Assembly (NCBI RefSeq): GCF_051858995.1
Contig: NZ_JBHYGN010000014.1
Coordinates: forward strand, 12,468-76,467
From: Brevundimonas sp.
GTDB lineage: Bacteria; Pseudomonadota; Alphaproteobacteria; Caulobacterales; Caulobacteraceae
Direction: 5' to 3'
DNA length: 64,000 nucleotides
In this document: piece after piece, positions 47,329 to 57,288 of the stretch
How positions within the stretch are numbered: position 1 is the stretch's first letter
Layout: every line of letters begins with the position of its first letter
Position numbers and translations under genes: made by a program
Notes under the pieces: model-generated
Database searches by the model: none
The model's input: only the letters and a program-made list of their open reading frames with translations
Told to the model about the DNA's origin: nothing

Positions 47329-47796
47329 TCAGGCCGGAAGGCGGTCGGCGAGAAGTTCGAGAGAGCGGCGCGGCGTGATCGGCGACCACTCGCGCGCCAC
47401 GGCGATCAGGGCGGGCAGCACGGGCTTGGCGGCGCCGGAGGGGGCGGGGGCGAGGGCCTCCAGCGCGGCCAGCAGGCGACGCTCGGCGTCCAGCTCGATG
47501 GCCTTGACCTGCGCACGCAGGGCCTCGCGGTCGTCATCGGCGTAGTCGGGGATGCGGACCTTCAGCTGACGGCGGATGGCGCGCAGGGGGGCGACGGTGG
47601 TCTCCTGCCAGACGCGGGCGGTGTCGCAGGCGGCCTCGATGTCGTCGGCGTCCGGCGTTCGGCCCGTCTGCGCGCACCAGGCCGCCCACAGCAGCAGGGG
47701 CAGGTTCTGGCCCTGGGCGTCCTGCAGGTCGAGGCCTGCATTCTGGACCCCGTCCGCCGCCCAGACCCGGAGCGACCAGTCCCACAGCCCGCTCAT
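47329..47796 (-). CDS. TIGR02444 family protein
   Basis: LWDWSL, LQDAQGQNLPLLLW, PLRAIRR. Confidence 0.8.
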   Translation of the reverse strand: MSGLWDWSLRVWAADGVQNAGLDLQDAQGQNLPLLLWAAWCAQTGRTPDADDIEAACDTARVWQETTVAPLRAIRRQLKVRIPDYADDDREALRAQVKAIELDAERRLLAALEALAPAPSGAAKPVLPALIAVAREWSPITPRRSLELLADRLPA

Positions 47797-48407
47797 TCCG
47801 ACACCGGGCCCTTCAGCCCGTCCCAGCGCTTCACCGCCGACCAGTCGAGGCCGAAGACATCCAGCGCCCGTCCGACCGACTGATCGACCATCTCCTGAAT
47901 GGAGGTCGGTTTCGCATAGAAGGCGGGCAGGGGCGGGGCGATGGTCGCGCCCATCTCGGCCAGAGCGGTCATGGTGCGCAGGTGCCCGAGGTGGAAGGGC
48001 GTCTCGCGCACCATCAACACCAGCGGGCGGCGCTCCTTCAGCGCCACATCGGCGGCGCGGGTCAGCAGGGTGGAGGTCACGCCGGTGGCGATCTCGCCCA
48101 TGGTACGGACCGAACAGGGGGCGACCAGCATGCCCATGGTGCGGAACGAGCCCGAAGCGATGGTGGCGCCGACGTCGTTCAGCTTGTGAACCACGTCCGC
48201 GCGGCTGGTGAGGTCGTCCGCCGAGAGGTCCGTCTCCTGCGACAAAGTGAGCAGGGCGGCGCGGGTCACAACGAGGTGGCTTTCGACCCCAAGTTCCCGC
48301 AGGGCCTCAAGGGCGCGGACGCCATAAGTTATTCCGGATGCGCCGGAAATTCCGACGATGAGACGACGGGGCGGGTTCCGTACGGCTCCGTTCACATCTT
48401 CGGCCAA
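47793..48407 (-). CDS. ubiX: Flavin prenyltransferase
   Basis: IVGISGASG, IASGS, APCS, RAADVALKERR, RETP, PAFY. Confidence 0.92.
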   Translation of the reverse strand: MAEDVNGAVRNPPRRLIVGISGASGITYGVRALEALRELGVESHLVVTRAALLTLSQETDLSADDLTSRADVVHKLNDVGATIASGSFRTMGMLVAPCSVRTMGEIATGVTSTLLTRAADVALKERRPLVLMVRETPFHLGHLRTMTALAEMGATIAPPLPAFYAKPTSIQEMVDQSVGRALDVFGLDWSAVKRWDGLKGPVSE

Positions 48408-48523
48408 TTCGGGCTCCAGGGTCGGCGGGTCCGGAAGGCCGCCAGCCTCACCGGAATGTGATTCTACAGGCGGTCAAGCCGGGCGCTCACTCTAGTGGTC
48501 CCTTAGACATGGAGGCGCAAGCC

Positions 48524-48697
48524 ATGACCATCGAAGCTCGTATCCGCGAACTGGGAAACCGTCACCGCAACCTGGATGAGGCCATCCAGCGCGAGACCCG
48601 GAACCCGGCAACGGACTCGCTTCGCGTAAGGGAGCTCAAGCAGCAGAAGCTCCGGCTCAAGGAAGAGATCACCAGTCTGGAGGCGCGGACCCACTAG
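48524..48697 (+). CDS. YdcH/DUF465 family protein
   Basis: GGAGG RBS; RHRNLD...LKQQKLRLKEEI. Confidence 0.85.
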   Translation: MTIEARIRELGNRHRNLDEAIQRETRNPATDSLRVRELKQQKLRLKEEITSLEARTH

Positions 48698-48720
48698 GGG
48701 ACACACCTTCCGAAATGACG

Positions 48721-48754
48721 ACGGCCCCGGAGATCGCTCTCCGGGGCCGTTTTT
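48721..48754 (+). terminator. Intrinsic terminator
   Basis: 13-bp perfect stem ACGGCCCCGGAGA/TCTCCGGGGCCGT followed by TTTT. Confidence 0.8.
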
Positions 48755-48781
48755 CATGCCTCACCCGATTGGGGGAGGAAC

Positions 48782-49453
48782 TCAGTCCCGCGATCCGAAG
48801 ACCGACTCGGCGGTCGGCTCGGCGCCGCGGCGCTCGCGCTCTTCCGGCACGAACTCCGGTTCGGCGTCCTCGACCGGAGCGTCCACGGCCTGCAGGGTGG
48901 CGCCGCCGCGCTTGGCGTCGTCCTTGGCCTTCTTGTCGGCGGCCTTCTTGACCAGTTCGTCCAGCGCCAGCTGGCCGACGAGGCCGAGGGTCACCGGATC
49001 GACCGGCTTGATGTTGGCCGAGTTCCAGTGCGTGCGGTTGCGCACGGTCTCGATGGTGGCCTTGGTGGTGCCGAGCAGCTTGGAGATCTGGGCGTCGGTC
49101 ACTTCAGGGTGGTTGCGGACGAACCAGGCGATGGCGTCCGGACGGTCCTGACGGCGCGAGACCGGGGTGTATTTCGGCGCGGGCTTGTTCGACTTCAGCA
49201 GTTCGGCGTGGCGGCTGACCACGGCCTTCATGCGGTAGTTCGAATCGTCCTGGGCCTTGTCGAGCTCTTCGCGGGTCAGTTGGCCGCCGGTGATGGGATC
49301 GACGCCGCGGATGTCGCGGGCCACGTCGCCGTCGGCGATGCCGCGCACTTCCAGCGGGTGCAGGCCGCAGAAGTCGGCGATCTGCTCGAACGTCAGCGAG
49401 GTGTTGTCGACCATCCAGACGGCGGTGGCCTTGGGCATCAGGATATCGGACAT
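48782..49453 (-). CDS. trcR: DUF1013 protein, cell-cycle transcription regulator TrcR
   Basis: LMPKATAVW..DNT.LTF.QIA.FCG.H.LEV..IADG, YTPVSRRQDRPDAI, RTHWN. Confidence 0.85.
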   Translation of the reverse strand: MSDILMPKATAVWMVDNTSLTFEQIADFCGLHPLEVRGIADGDVARDIRGVDPITGGQLTREELDKAQDDSNYRMKAVVSRHAELLKSNKPAPKYTPVSRRQDRPDAIAWFVRNHPEVTDAQISKLLGTTKATIETVRNRTHWNSANIKPVDPVTLGLVGQLALDELVKKAADKKAKDDAKRGGATLQAVDAPVEDAEPEFVPEERERRGAEPTAESVFGSRD

Positions 49454-49678
49454 GAGCGTCTTCGTTTCTTGTTTGCAGGCCCGTCCGAACAGGGTTCGCC
49501 GGGTTCCGGATACGACGGCGCCCGACCTTTCGGCCGGGCGCTGATGCTCAGGATATAGGCCTATTCGTCAAAAAAAGAAACGATCCCGAACAACTGCATA
49601 CAGCCAAGGTTCATCTGAGCTGTTGAACATTGGCCTCATCGGCGCGTTGATGCGCCAGCTTGGCACTGGGAGGACCCC

Positions 49679-50302
49679 ATGTTTATCGAGACTCTTGCGG
49701 CGGTGGCGTTGATGACTGGGGACGCCCAAGAGCGTGCTCCGGCCCGGGGTGGCGCTCAGGAACGGGTGGCGCCGCGCGGCGACTACCGCGACTCTTGCAG
49801 CGGCGAATATGTGAACCGGGGTCGGCTCTACGCCGACTGTCGCACCCGTAGGGGCGACATCCGCGGCACCTCGATCGAGCTGAACCGCTGCGGCAACTAT
49901 GAGATCCGCAACAACGACGGCCTGCTGGTCTGCGGCCCGATCCGCGGCGACTATGAAGAAGGTCGTCCCGGTGGAGGCGGCGGTGGCGGCTGGGGCGGCG
50001 GCAACGGCGGCGGTGGCTGGAACGGCGGTCGCGCCTCGATCACCGTCTATCGCGACGCCGACTATCGCGGTTCGCAGTACACCTTCCGCGAAGGCATCCC
50101 GAACCTGGCCCGCTCGGGCATGAACGACGAGATCAGTTCGATGCGCGTCACCGAGGGCGAGTGGGAAGCCTGCACCGACGCCAACTATCGCGGCGAGTGC
50201 CGGACCTTCCGCGATGATGTGCGTAACCTGGGAAACCACAATTTCAACGACCGCATCTCCTCGCTGCGCCCCGTGCGTCGCGGCGGCGGCGGACGCTGGT
50301 AG
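49679..50302 (+). CDS. Secreted CVNH-like plus beta/gamma-crystallin protein
   Basis: Signal peptide; YRDSC...LYADC...C...NNDGLLVC; Gly linker; crystallin motifs NDEISS and NDRISS. Confidence 0.75.
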   Translation: MFIETLAAVALMTGDAQERAPARGGAQERVAPRGDYRDSCSGEYVNRGRLYADCRTRRGDIRGTSIELNRCGNYEIRNNDGLLVCGPIRGDYEEGRPGGGGGGGWGGGNGGGGWNGGRASITVYRDADYRGSQYTFREGIPNLARSGMNDEISSMRVTEGEWEACTDANYRGECRTFRDDVRNLGNHNFNDRISSLRPVRRGGGGRW

Positions 50303-50358
50303 GCCGGAACCTCTGACGGCCGCGGAGGCTTCTTTCCCGAAACGGAGAGGAGCCTCCC

Positions 50359-50715
50359 ATGGCCTATGTCGATGGTTTCGTGGTCGCCGTGCCCAAGGAC
50401 CGGATCGATGAGTACCGCGAGTTCTCCCGCCGGGCGGGGGAGGTCTGGAAGGAATACGGCGCCCGGACCTATGTCGAATGCGTGGGCGACGACGTGCCCT
50501 ATGGCGAGCTGACCTCTTTCCCGCGCGCGGTGCAGGCGCAGGACGACGAGACGGTCGTCTTCTCGTGGATCACCTATGACTCTCGCGAGCACCGTGACGA
50601 GGTGAACAGCAAGGTCATGGAGGATCCTCGCCTGAAGGGGCAGGGAATGGAGCAGGCGCCGTTTGACGGCAAGCGGATGATCTACGGCGGGTTCACCACC
50701 CTGCTGGAGCTGTAG
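50359..50715 (+). CDS. DUF1428 (YbaA) family protein
   Basis: YVDGFVVAVP, TSFPRAV, ETVVFSW, PFDGKRMIYGGF. Confidence 0.9.
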   Translation: MAYVDGFVVAVPKDRIDEYREFSRRAGEVWKEYGARTYVECVGDDVPYGELTSFPRAVQAQDDETVVFSWITYDSREHRDEVNSKVMEDPRLKGQGMEQAPFDGKRMIYGGFTTLLEL

Positions 50716-50722
50716 GGCCCCG

Positions 50723-51694
50723 TCAGGCGGTCAGCACGATCTTGCCGACGTGGGCGCCGTCCTCGAGCCGCTGGTGCGCTTTAGCGGCCTGTTCCAGCGG
50801 GAAGACGGCGTCGATGGGCGGCTTGAGCGCGCCGGAGGCGACCCAGGGCCAGGCCGTGGCCTCGACCGCTGCGATCAGCCGGGCCTTCTCGTCCGCCGGA
50901 CGGGCGCGCAGGGTGGAGCCGGTCAGGACGATCCGCTTCATCATCAACTTGAGCAGGTCGATCTGCGCAAGGGCGCCGGTCAGGGTGGCGATGATCACCC
51001 AGCGTCCGAACGGCTTCAGCACCGCCTGATTGAGCTCGGCGTAGTCGGCGCCGAGCATGTCCAGCACCACATCGACCCCGCCGAAGTCGCGGATGGCGGC
51101 GGTCATGTCACCGGCCGAGGCGTCGAGGCTGAGGTCCGCGCCCAGTTGCCGGGCGGCCTCGGTTTTCGCCGCTCCGCGCGAGGTGGCGATGACGCGGGCG
51201 CCCGCCGCCTTGGCCATCTGGATGGCGGTCACGCCGATGCCGCTGGTCGCGCCGTGGATCAGCAGGGTCTCGCCTGCCTTTAGCGCCCCGCCCTCGAACA
51301 CATTGGCGAAGACGGTGGAGACCGTCTCGGGCAGGGCGGCGGCCTGAACGAAGTCGAGGTTGTCGGGGAGGGGCAGGGCGTGGCGGGCATCGACTACCAC
51401 CTGATCGGCATAGCCGCCGCCGCCCAGCAGGGCGCAGACCCGGTCGCCGACCCGCCATCGGGTGACGCCGTCGCCGACCTGATCAATTTCGCCCGCGACC
51501 TCGAGGCCGAGGATGTCGGATGCGCCCGGCGGCGGGGGATAGAGGCCGTTGCGTTGGAGCAAATCGGGACGGTTCACGCCCGCGGCGCGCACCCGGATGC
51601 GGATCTGTCCCGTTCCGGCGACCGGATCGGGACGCTCCGACAGGGTCAGGGCGTCGGCGGGACCGGCTCCATCCGTGATCTCGATCACCCGCAT
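50723..51694 (-). CDS. NAD(P)H:quinone oxidoreductase, MDR/PIG3 family
   Basis: AAGVNRPD, LGLEVAG, GGGYA, HGATSGIG, HVGKIVL. Confidence 0.9.
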   Translation of the reverse strand: MRVIEITDGAGPADALTLSERPDPVAGTGQIRIRVRAAGVNRPDLLQRNGLYPPPPGASDILGLEVAGEIDQVGDGVTRWRVGDRVCALLGGGGYADQVVVDARHALPLPDNLDFVQAAALPETVSTVFANVFEGGALKAGETLLIHGATSGIGVTAIQMAKAAGARVIATSRGAAKTEAARQLGADLSLDASAGDMTAAIRDFGGVDVVLDMLGADYAELNQAVLKPFGRWVIIATLTGALAQIDLLKLMMKRIVLTGSTLRARPADEKARLIAAVEATAWPWVASGALKPPIDAVFPLEQAAKAHQRLEDGAHVGKIVLTA

Positions 51695-51776
51695 GCGTTC
51701 GTCCTGTCCTTGCAATCGTCCGTGTCCGGGCGTGAGATAGGGGTTTACGTCCCCGATGGCCAAGAAGGAGGCGGTG

Positions 51777-51980
51777 ATGTTCGAGGATCTTGAGCCGCGC
51801 CCGGCGCGCGGCGCCCCGCTGATCGCCCTGACACGCGAGGATCTGGACGGCTATTCCGTCGAGGATCTGAAGGAGCGGATCGAAACCCTTGAGGCCGAGA
51901 TCGCCCGATCCCGAACGGCCATCGACGGCAAGTCGTCCCAGCGTAACGCCGCGGATGCATTGTTCAATTTCCGCAGCTGA
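51777..51980 (+). CDS. DUF1192 family protein
   Basis: EDL..SVEDL.ERI..LEAEI.R...R.AADALF; GGAGG RBS. Confidence 0.8.
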   Translation: MFEDLEPRPARGAPLIALTREDLDGYSVEDLKERIETLEAEIARSRTAIDGKSSQRNAADALFNFRS

Positions 51981-52092
51981 CAGTTTTCCCCCGTCACGGG
52001 TATGGCACAGGCGTTGCAGTCGGCTGTCCGACCGCGCGCAACGGTGCGCGTCGTGATACGGATGCCTGTACCCCATGAGTTTGGCTAGCTTC

Positions 52093-52611
52093 ATGTCCAC
52101 CAATGACACCACCCTTCTGACGCCTTCGGGCCGCAGCCGCGAAGCGGTGGTGGACGATTTCGCGCGCTCGGAGCTGTTCGACCGGACCTTCCGTGAAGGG
52201 ATGGAACTGGTCGAGGAGACCGCCGCCTATCTGGACGGCGACGGGCGTCGCGAGTCCAAGCTGCTGTCGCGCGCGGCGGCCTTGGCCTATGCGGGCGAGA
52301 GCATGAAGCTGACGACCCGGCTGATGCAGATCGCCTCGTGGCTGCTGGTCCAGCGGGCCGTGCGGGAAGGGGACATGAGCGCCCTGGCCGCCTGCGAGGC
52401 GCGCTATCGCCTGGCCGAGCGCAAGCCGGAGGCCGAGCCGACCCATGCCGAACTGCCCATCGCTCTGATCGAATATCTGGTCCGTTCGGAGCGGCTGTAC
52501 GACCGCGTCCTGCACCTGGACCGCAAGATGTACCTCGACGCCCCCGAGGAAGAGGCGATCAATCCGGTGCAGAGCCAACTGGACCGACTGGCGGCCGCGT
52601 TCCGCCAGTGA
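52093..52611 (+). CDS. rcdA: Regulator of CtrA degradation (DUF1465)
   Basis: FARSELFDRTF.EGM.LVEETAAYLDG, ESM.LTTRLMQ.ASWLLVQRAV, Q.QLDRL; start 52075 or 52093. Confidence 0.9.
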   Translation: MSTNDTTLLTPSGRSREAVVDDFARSELFDRTFREGMELVEETAAYLDGDGRRESKLLSRAAALAYAGESMKLTTRLMQIASWLLVQRAVREGDMSALAACEARYRLAERKPEAEPTHAELPIALIEYLVRSERLYDRVLHLDRKMYLDAPEEEAINPVQSQLDRLAAAFRQ

Positions 52612-52979
52612 AGGGCGGCAGGCGGTTTCTGATCGCGCTGGTCGGCGCGGTGGCGTTCCTCGGCCTGCTGGCGGGGGGCGTCGTCTGGAGCGGCCGCTCG
52701 CTGGTGATCATCGACAATCGCGGTGAGACACCCCTGACCCTTGAGGTCGAGACAGTCCCGGTGGGCGACTTCCGCTGGGCCGGCGACCTGAAGCCCGGCC
52801 AGCGGCTGTACCGCATCGCCAAGTTCACCGGAGACGGCAGCATCCGCGCCGTCTGCCGGGACGGCGACGGCGTGTACCGGAGCACGGGCGGCCATGTGTC
52901 CGCCGGCTGGCCCTACCGTGTGGATGCCGTGGCCTCGGGCTGCGCCTCGATCCAGATCGAGGCCGACAGGCTACCCTAG
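52608..52979 (+). CDS. Hypothetical single-TM/secreted protein (123 aa)
   Basis: GTGA-coupled to rcdA; N-terminal TM, beta-rich domain with two Cys. Confidence 0.6.
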   Translation: MKGGRRFLIALVGAVAFLGLLAGGVVWSGRSLVIIDNRGETPLTLEVETVPVGDFRWAGDLKPGQRLYRIAKFTGDGSIRAVCRDGDGVYRSTGGHVSAGWPYRVDAVASGCASIQIEADRLP

Positions 52980-52982
52980 GGC

Positions 52983-54548
52983 TTACGGTCCGACGTCGTT
53001 GGCGTCGCGGCCGCGGCCGTCATCGACCGGCTTGGGCAGGCTGACGCCGATGCCGAGGGCCTCGGCCAGCTTGGCGTCACGCTCATAGACGTCCTCGCGG
53101 AAGGCGACGCGGCCCTGACCGTCGACGAAGGCGGTCCAGTAGAGCAGGCGCACGCCGATCTCGCGGCCGACCTGGATGCGCTTGGTCTCGCGCGTGTCCT
53201 GCGCCGTGTCGAATTGACCCAGCAGGGCGGGATCGGGCGACAGCAGCAGGCGGGCGAACTCGACCGCGTTCTGGACGCGGACGCAGCCGTGGCTGCGCTG
53301 GCGCATGGACAGGTTGAAGGCCGCCTTGGACGGGGTGTCGTGCAGGAAGATGGCGTAGCTGTCGCGCAGCTCGAACTTCACATAGCCGAGCGCGGCGGTC
53401 GGACCGGCGCGCTGAATGACTGTGCCGTTCTGGACGTACATGTTCTGGCTAGCCAGATAGGCCGGGCCGCGCGGCAGGATTTCGCGGCGCGCGATGCCCG
53501 CCGGGACGTACCAGGGCGGATTGGCCACGACCGAGGCGAAGGGCTTCTCGAGGCTGGGCGTCTGGTTGTCGTGCGAGCCGACGACGACACGGTTCGAGTG
53601 AACCGGACGGCCGTCCTTCCAGTAGACCATGATGGCGGCGGCAGTGTTGACCTCGATCCGCTCGGGCTGGAGGTCGCGCTTGAGCCAGCGGCGGCGTTCC
53701 AGGTTGAGGGCGATCTGGCGGGCGCGATCCTCGGCCGAGGCCGAGAGGGAGCGCTGGGTGCCCGTGCCGATGCGGCCGTCGGCGCCGAGGCCGTGACGGG
53801 CCTGGAAGCTGCGCACGCCCGCCTGCAGGTCGGGGCCGTAGACATTGCCCATGGCGGTGATGCGGGCGCCGTCGGCGGCGGACAGGTCGCCTTCGGCGAC
53901 CAGACGCTGGACAATGACCGGAATGCGCGGGTCGCTGCCGCCCGGCTCGATGTTGGCGCCGACGCGGAAGGCGGGCCAGCCGCCGCCGCTGTTGATCAGG
54001 CGGCGATAGCGGACGTAGCCCGCCGAGAGGTTGGAGTAGCCGATGTCGGTCGGGGCGAGGCCCTCGAACCAGTCGAGCAGGCGGCTGGTGGCCAGGGCGT
54101 CGTTCAGCCCGGCGGGCAGGTCGACGCGATTCTTCTGCATCTCCCACAGATCCTCGACCGTCTCGGGACGGACGCGGCCCTCGGCGAGGACGCGGGCATA
54201 GGTCATGGCCGCGGCGGTGGTCTTCATCTCGCCGCCGGCGCGATCGGCGGCCAGGGCGTCGAAATCGAAGAAGTCGGCCTGCGACAGGCCGTGGCGTTCG
54301 GCGCGGGCGGCGGAGGCCTGCAGGGCGCGCAGGCGGTCGGGCGTCCAGACCGGGCGCCAGCCGTTCAGTTCGTAGAAGGTGCGGACGTCCGGCTGGAGGG
54401 TGGCGGGCAGGCGGGCCAGCTGGTCGTTGAAGCTGTCGTAGAAGGCGACCGCGCCCGGATCACGGGTCTGCGCCAGCGCACTGGCGCCAAACGCGGAGGC
54501 CAGCGCCGAAACCGCTGCGCCCAGACCCAATTGCCGTCGATTCATCAC
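52983..54548 (-). CDS. L,D-transpeptidase (YcbB/LdtD-like) with peptidoglycan-binding domain
   Basis: NRRQL leader, FQARHGL..DG..G, VNTAA, LHDTP...RSHGCVRV. Confidence 0.88.
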   Translation of the reverse strand: MMNRRQLGLGAAVSALASAFGASALAQTRDPGAVAFYDSFNDQLARLPATLQPDVRTFYELNGWRPVWTPDRLRALQASAARAERHGLSQADFFDFDALAADRAGGEMKTTAAAMTYARVLAEGRVRPETVEDLWEMQKNRVDLPAGLNDALATSRLLDWFEGLAPTDIGYSNLSAGYVRYRRLINSGGGWPAFRVGANIEPGGSDPRIPVIVQRLVAEGDLSAADGARITAMGNVYGPDLQAGVRSFQARHGLGADGRIGTGTQRSLSASAEDRARQIALNLERRRWLKRDLQPERIEVNTAAAIMVYWKDGRPVHSNRVVVGSHDNQTPSLEKPFASVVANPPWYVPAGIARREILPRGPAYLASQNMYVQNGTVIQRAGPTAALGYVKFELRDSYAIFLHDTPSKAAFNLSMRQRSHGCVRVQNAVEFARLLLSPDPALLGQFDTAQDTRETKRIQVGREIGVRLLYWTAFVDGQGRVAFREDVYERDAKLAEALGIGVSLPKPVDDGRGRDANDVGP

Positions 54549-54629
54549 GTCGCTCTACTGTCCGTCTCGTCGCACGGACCCAACGTCCACGCCCCGAAAG
54601 CCAACGCCGCCAACCTTATCGGCGTTCCG

Positions 54630-54670
54630 GAAAAACAGAAAGGCGCCGGTCCGGAGACCGACGCCTTCTT
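54630..54670 (-). terminator. rpmE terminator
   Basis: Stem AGGCGTCGGTC/GACCGGCGCCT followed by TTCTGTTTTT on the minus strand. Confidence 0.75.
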
Positions 54671-54717
54671 GTCGTCTTGCGCTGGCGGTGTGGCGGGAAA
54701 GCCAGACCGGAAGCGGC

Positions 54718-54942
54718 TTACTTCTTGATGAAGCCGGCGAACTTGTTGTTGAAGCGCGAAACGCGGCCGCCGCGGTCCAGCATCGTCTGGTTGCCGCCGG
54801 TCCAGGCCGGGTGGGTCGACGGATCGATGTCCAGGTTCAGGGTCGCGCCCTCTTTCCCGTAAGTCGAACGGGTCTGATACGAGGTGCCATCGGTCATCAC
54901 GACAGTGATGAAGTGGTAGTCGGGGTGCGTGTCCGCTTTCAT
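54718..54942 (-). CDS. rpmE: 50S ribosomal protein bL31 (no Zn-binding Cys)
   Basis: [29 protein letters not shown]. Confidence 0.95.
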   Translation of the reverse strand: MKADTHPDYHFITVVMTDGTSYQTRSTYGKEGATLNLDIDPSTHPAWTGGNQTMLDRGGRVSRFNNKFAGFIKK

Positions 54943-55076
54943 GGTCGTCGTCCGGTCTCTGCGCGGTGACGATGCCGACCGTCTATGCGCGTAAAATGAG
55001 AAACCCGCCGAAGAGCCCGGCGGGAATGAGCGGCGGCGTTTACACCGGGGGGCGTTCCGGGGCAAGAGGCGCGGCC

Positions 55077-56927
55077 ATGACCGATACATTCGCCCCGATC
55101 AATGACGCCGCTGACCTGCGCGGACGGCCCGGCGCCGGGGCGGTGCTGGCCGAACAGATGTCCGAGGCGGGCGAGCGCCGCGAGAAGCGTCGCGACATCC
55201 GCCCGCTGGCCCGGCTGCTGCCCTATGCCCTGAGGCACAAGGGCCATCTGGCGATGGCGGCCTTCTGGCTGATCCTGTCGACCGCCGCATCGCTGGGGCT
55301 GACGGCGACGGCGCGGGGCGCCATCGACCACGGGTTCGAGAACGGCGGCGCGGGCCTGAACGTCTGGTTCCTGGTGCTGGGCGCCAACGCCGTCTTCCTG
55401 GGCCTCGCGACGGCGGTGCGCTACTTCTATGTAACCAAGACCGGCGAGCGGGTCGTGGCCGACCTGCGCAAGGGGCTGTTCGACCGCATCCTGACGCTGG
55501 ACCCGGCCTTCTATGCGCGCATCCGGACGGGGGAGGTGCTGAGCCGCCTGACCACGGACATCGCCCTGGTCGAGACCCTGATGACGACCTCGGTGTCGTT
55601 CGCCCTGCGCAATTTCCTGACCCTGATCGGCGGGATCATCCTGCTGTTCGTGGTCAGCCCCAAGCTGACCGGGCTGGTGCTGCTGGTGGTGCCGCTGCTG
55701 CTGGGGCCGATCTTCCTGTTCGGCCGCCGGGTGCGGAAGCTGACCGTGGCCACGCAGGACCGGTTCGCCAACGCTGTCGGCTTCGCGGGCGAGAGCGTGG
55801 ACGCCATCGAGACGGTGCAGGCCTTCGGCCGGACCGGCAGCGCCATCGCCCGCTTCGGCGCGGCGGTGGAGGACGCCTTCGCCTCGTCGCTGGTGCGGAT
55901 GAAGGCCCGGGCCCTGATGACCGCCCTGATCATCGTGGTGATGTTCGGCGGGGTGACCCTGGTCCTCTGGTTGGGCGCGCAGGACGTGATCGCCGGGCGA
56001 ATGAGCCCCGGGGCCCTGCTGCAGTTCGTGCTGCTGTCGGTGTTCGCTGCAGGCGCTGTCGGCGCGTTGGGCGAGAGCTGGGGCGATGTGCAGAAGGCGG
56101 CGGGCGCCATGGAGCGAATCGACGAGCTGATGCGGGCGCAGGCGGCCATCGCCGCGCCGGAGACGCCGACCGCCCTGCCGGAGCCGCCGGTCGGCGAGGT
56201 GTCGATGTCGGCGGTCGCCTTCGCCTATCCGGGCCGGCCGGACCTGCCCGCCCTGAAGGGCTTCAGCCTGACCGTGCGGCCGGGCGAGACGGTGGCGCTG
56301 GTCGGGCCGTCGGGGGCGGGCAAGTCGACCGTCTTCCGCCTGCTGCTGCGCTTCTATGACCCGCAGTCGGGCGTGGTGTCGGTGGACGGGGTGGACGTGC
56401 GCGACGCCGATCCGACCGCCGTGCGCAACCGCTTCGCCTGGGTCTCGCAGGAGGCGCCCTTGTTCTCGGGTTCCGCCAGCGAAAACATCCGCTTCGGCCG
56501 GGAAGCCGCGACCGAAGAAGAGGTCCGCGCCGCCGCCGAGGAGGCCCAGGCCCTGGGCTTCATCGAGGCCCTGCCGGAGCAGTTCGACACCCCGCTGGGC
56601 GAGCGCGGCAAGAGCCTGTCGGGCGGCCAGCGCCAGCGTCTGGCCATCGCGCGGGCGCTGGTGCGCGAGGCCCCGATCCTGCTGCTGGACGAGGCCACCT
56701 CGGCGCTGGACGCCGAGAGCGAGCGGCTGGTGCAGGCGGCGCTGGATCAGGCGATGGAGACCCGCACGACACTGGTCATCGCCCACCGTCTGGCCACCGT
56801 CCTGCGCGCCGACCGCATCGTGGTGATGGAGGACGGCCGGGTGGTCGAGGAGGGCACGCACGCGACCCTGATCGCCCGTGGTGGGTTGTATGCCCATCTG
56901 GCGGAGCTGCAGTTCAAGGGCGGCTAG
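55077..56927 (+). CDS. Fused ABC transporter (TMD+NBD), MsbA-like exporter
   Basis: 6 [33 protein letters not shown]. Confidence 0.9.
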   Translation: MTDTFAPINDAADLRGRPGAGAVLAEQMSEAGERREKRRDIRPLARLLPYALRHKGHLAMAAFWLILSTAASLGLTATARGAIDHGFENGGAGLNVWFLVLGANAVFLGLATAVRYFYVTKTGERVVADLRKGLFDRILTLDPAFYARIRTGEVLSRLTTDIALVETLMTTSVSFALRNFLTLIGGIILLFVVSPKLTGLVLLVVPLLLGPIFLFGRRVRKLTVATQDRFANAVGFAGESVDAIETVQAFGRTGSAIARFGAAVEDAFASSLVRMKARALMTALIIVVMFGGVTLVLWLGAQDVIAGRMSPGALLQFVLLSVFAAGAVGALGESWGDVQKAAGAMERIDELMRAQAAIAAPETPTALPEPPVGEVSMSAVAFAYPGRPDLPALKGFSLTVRPGETVALVGPSGAGKSTVFRLLLRFYDPQSGVVSVDGVDVRDADPTAVRNRFAWVSQEAPLFSGSASENIRFGREAATEEEVRAAAEEAQALGFIEALPEQFDTPLGERGKSLSGGQRQRLAIARALVREAPILLLDEATSALDAESERLVQAALDQAMETRTTLVIAHRLATVLRADRIVVMEDGRVVEEGTHATLIARGGLYAHLAELQFKGG

Positions 56928-57049
56928 CCCGGGACGCTCGCAGAGCGAACCCGATCCCGCAGGGATCGAATTGAAAAAATGGATTGCACAAAGTGCACAT
57001 TTTCGCCTGAGGCGGGGCGGTGGAGCGCCGCCTCAACCGGAAGCGAGCG

Positions 57050-57283
57050 TCAGGAGCGGCGAGGGGTTCGGTCCGGGACTCTGTGTCGGCCGACCAGAAC
57101 TTCCGCCGGCTTCCCAACGCGCCGAGGCCCACCCCGCCGGCGATGACGAGCGCGGTCATCAGGGATTGGGTGACCGCATCGACCGATGGCGAGCCGTGCA
57201 AGGCTGCGGCAGGCAGCAGGACCCAGGCGGACAGGGAGGCGGCCAAGGCGAACGGCCCAGTGGGCGGACAGGCGTTTGAGCAT
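57050..57283 (-). pseudogene. Possible small membrane protein with a +1 frameshift; 3' end uncertain
   Basis: RBS and ATG 57283 give MLKRLSAHWA; the hydrophobic continuation FALAASLSAWVLL... lies one frame over. Confidence 0.35.
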
Positions 57284-57288
57284 CGGCC

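Noticed and set aside
49510-49530. ATACGAC as a second DriD site upstream of trcR
   Set aside because: Only one half-site; no partner 7 nt downstream
49971-50030. GGC/GGT repeat tract
   Set aside because: Encodes the Gly-rich linker; not a separate repeat element
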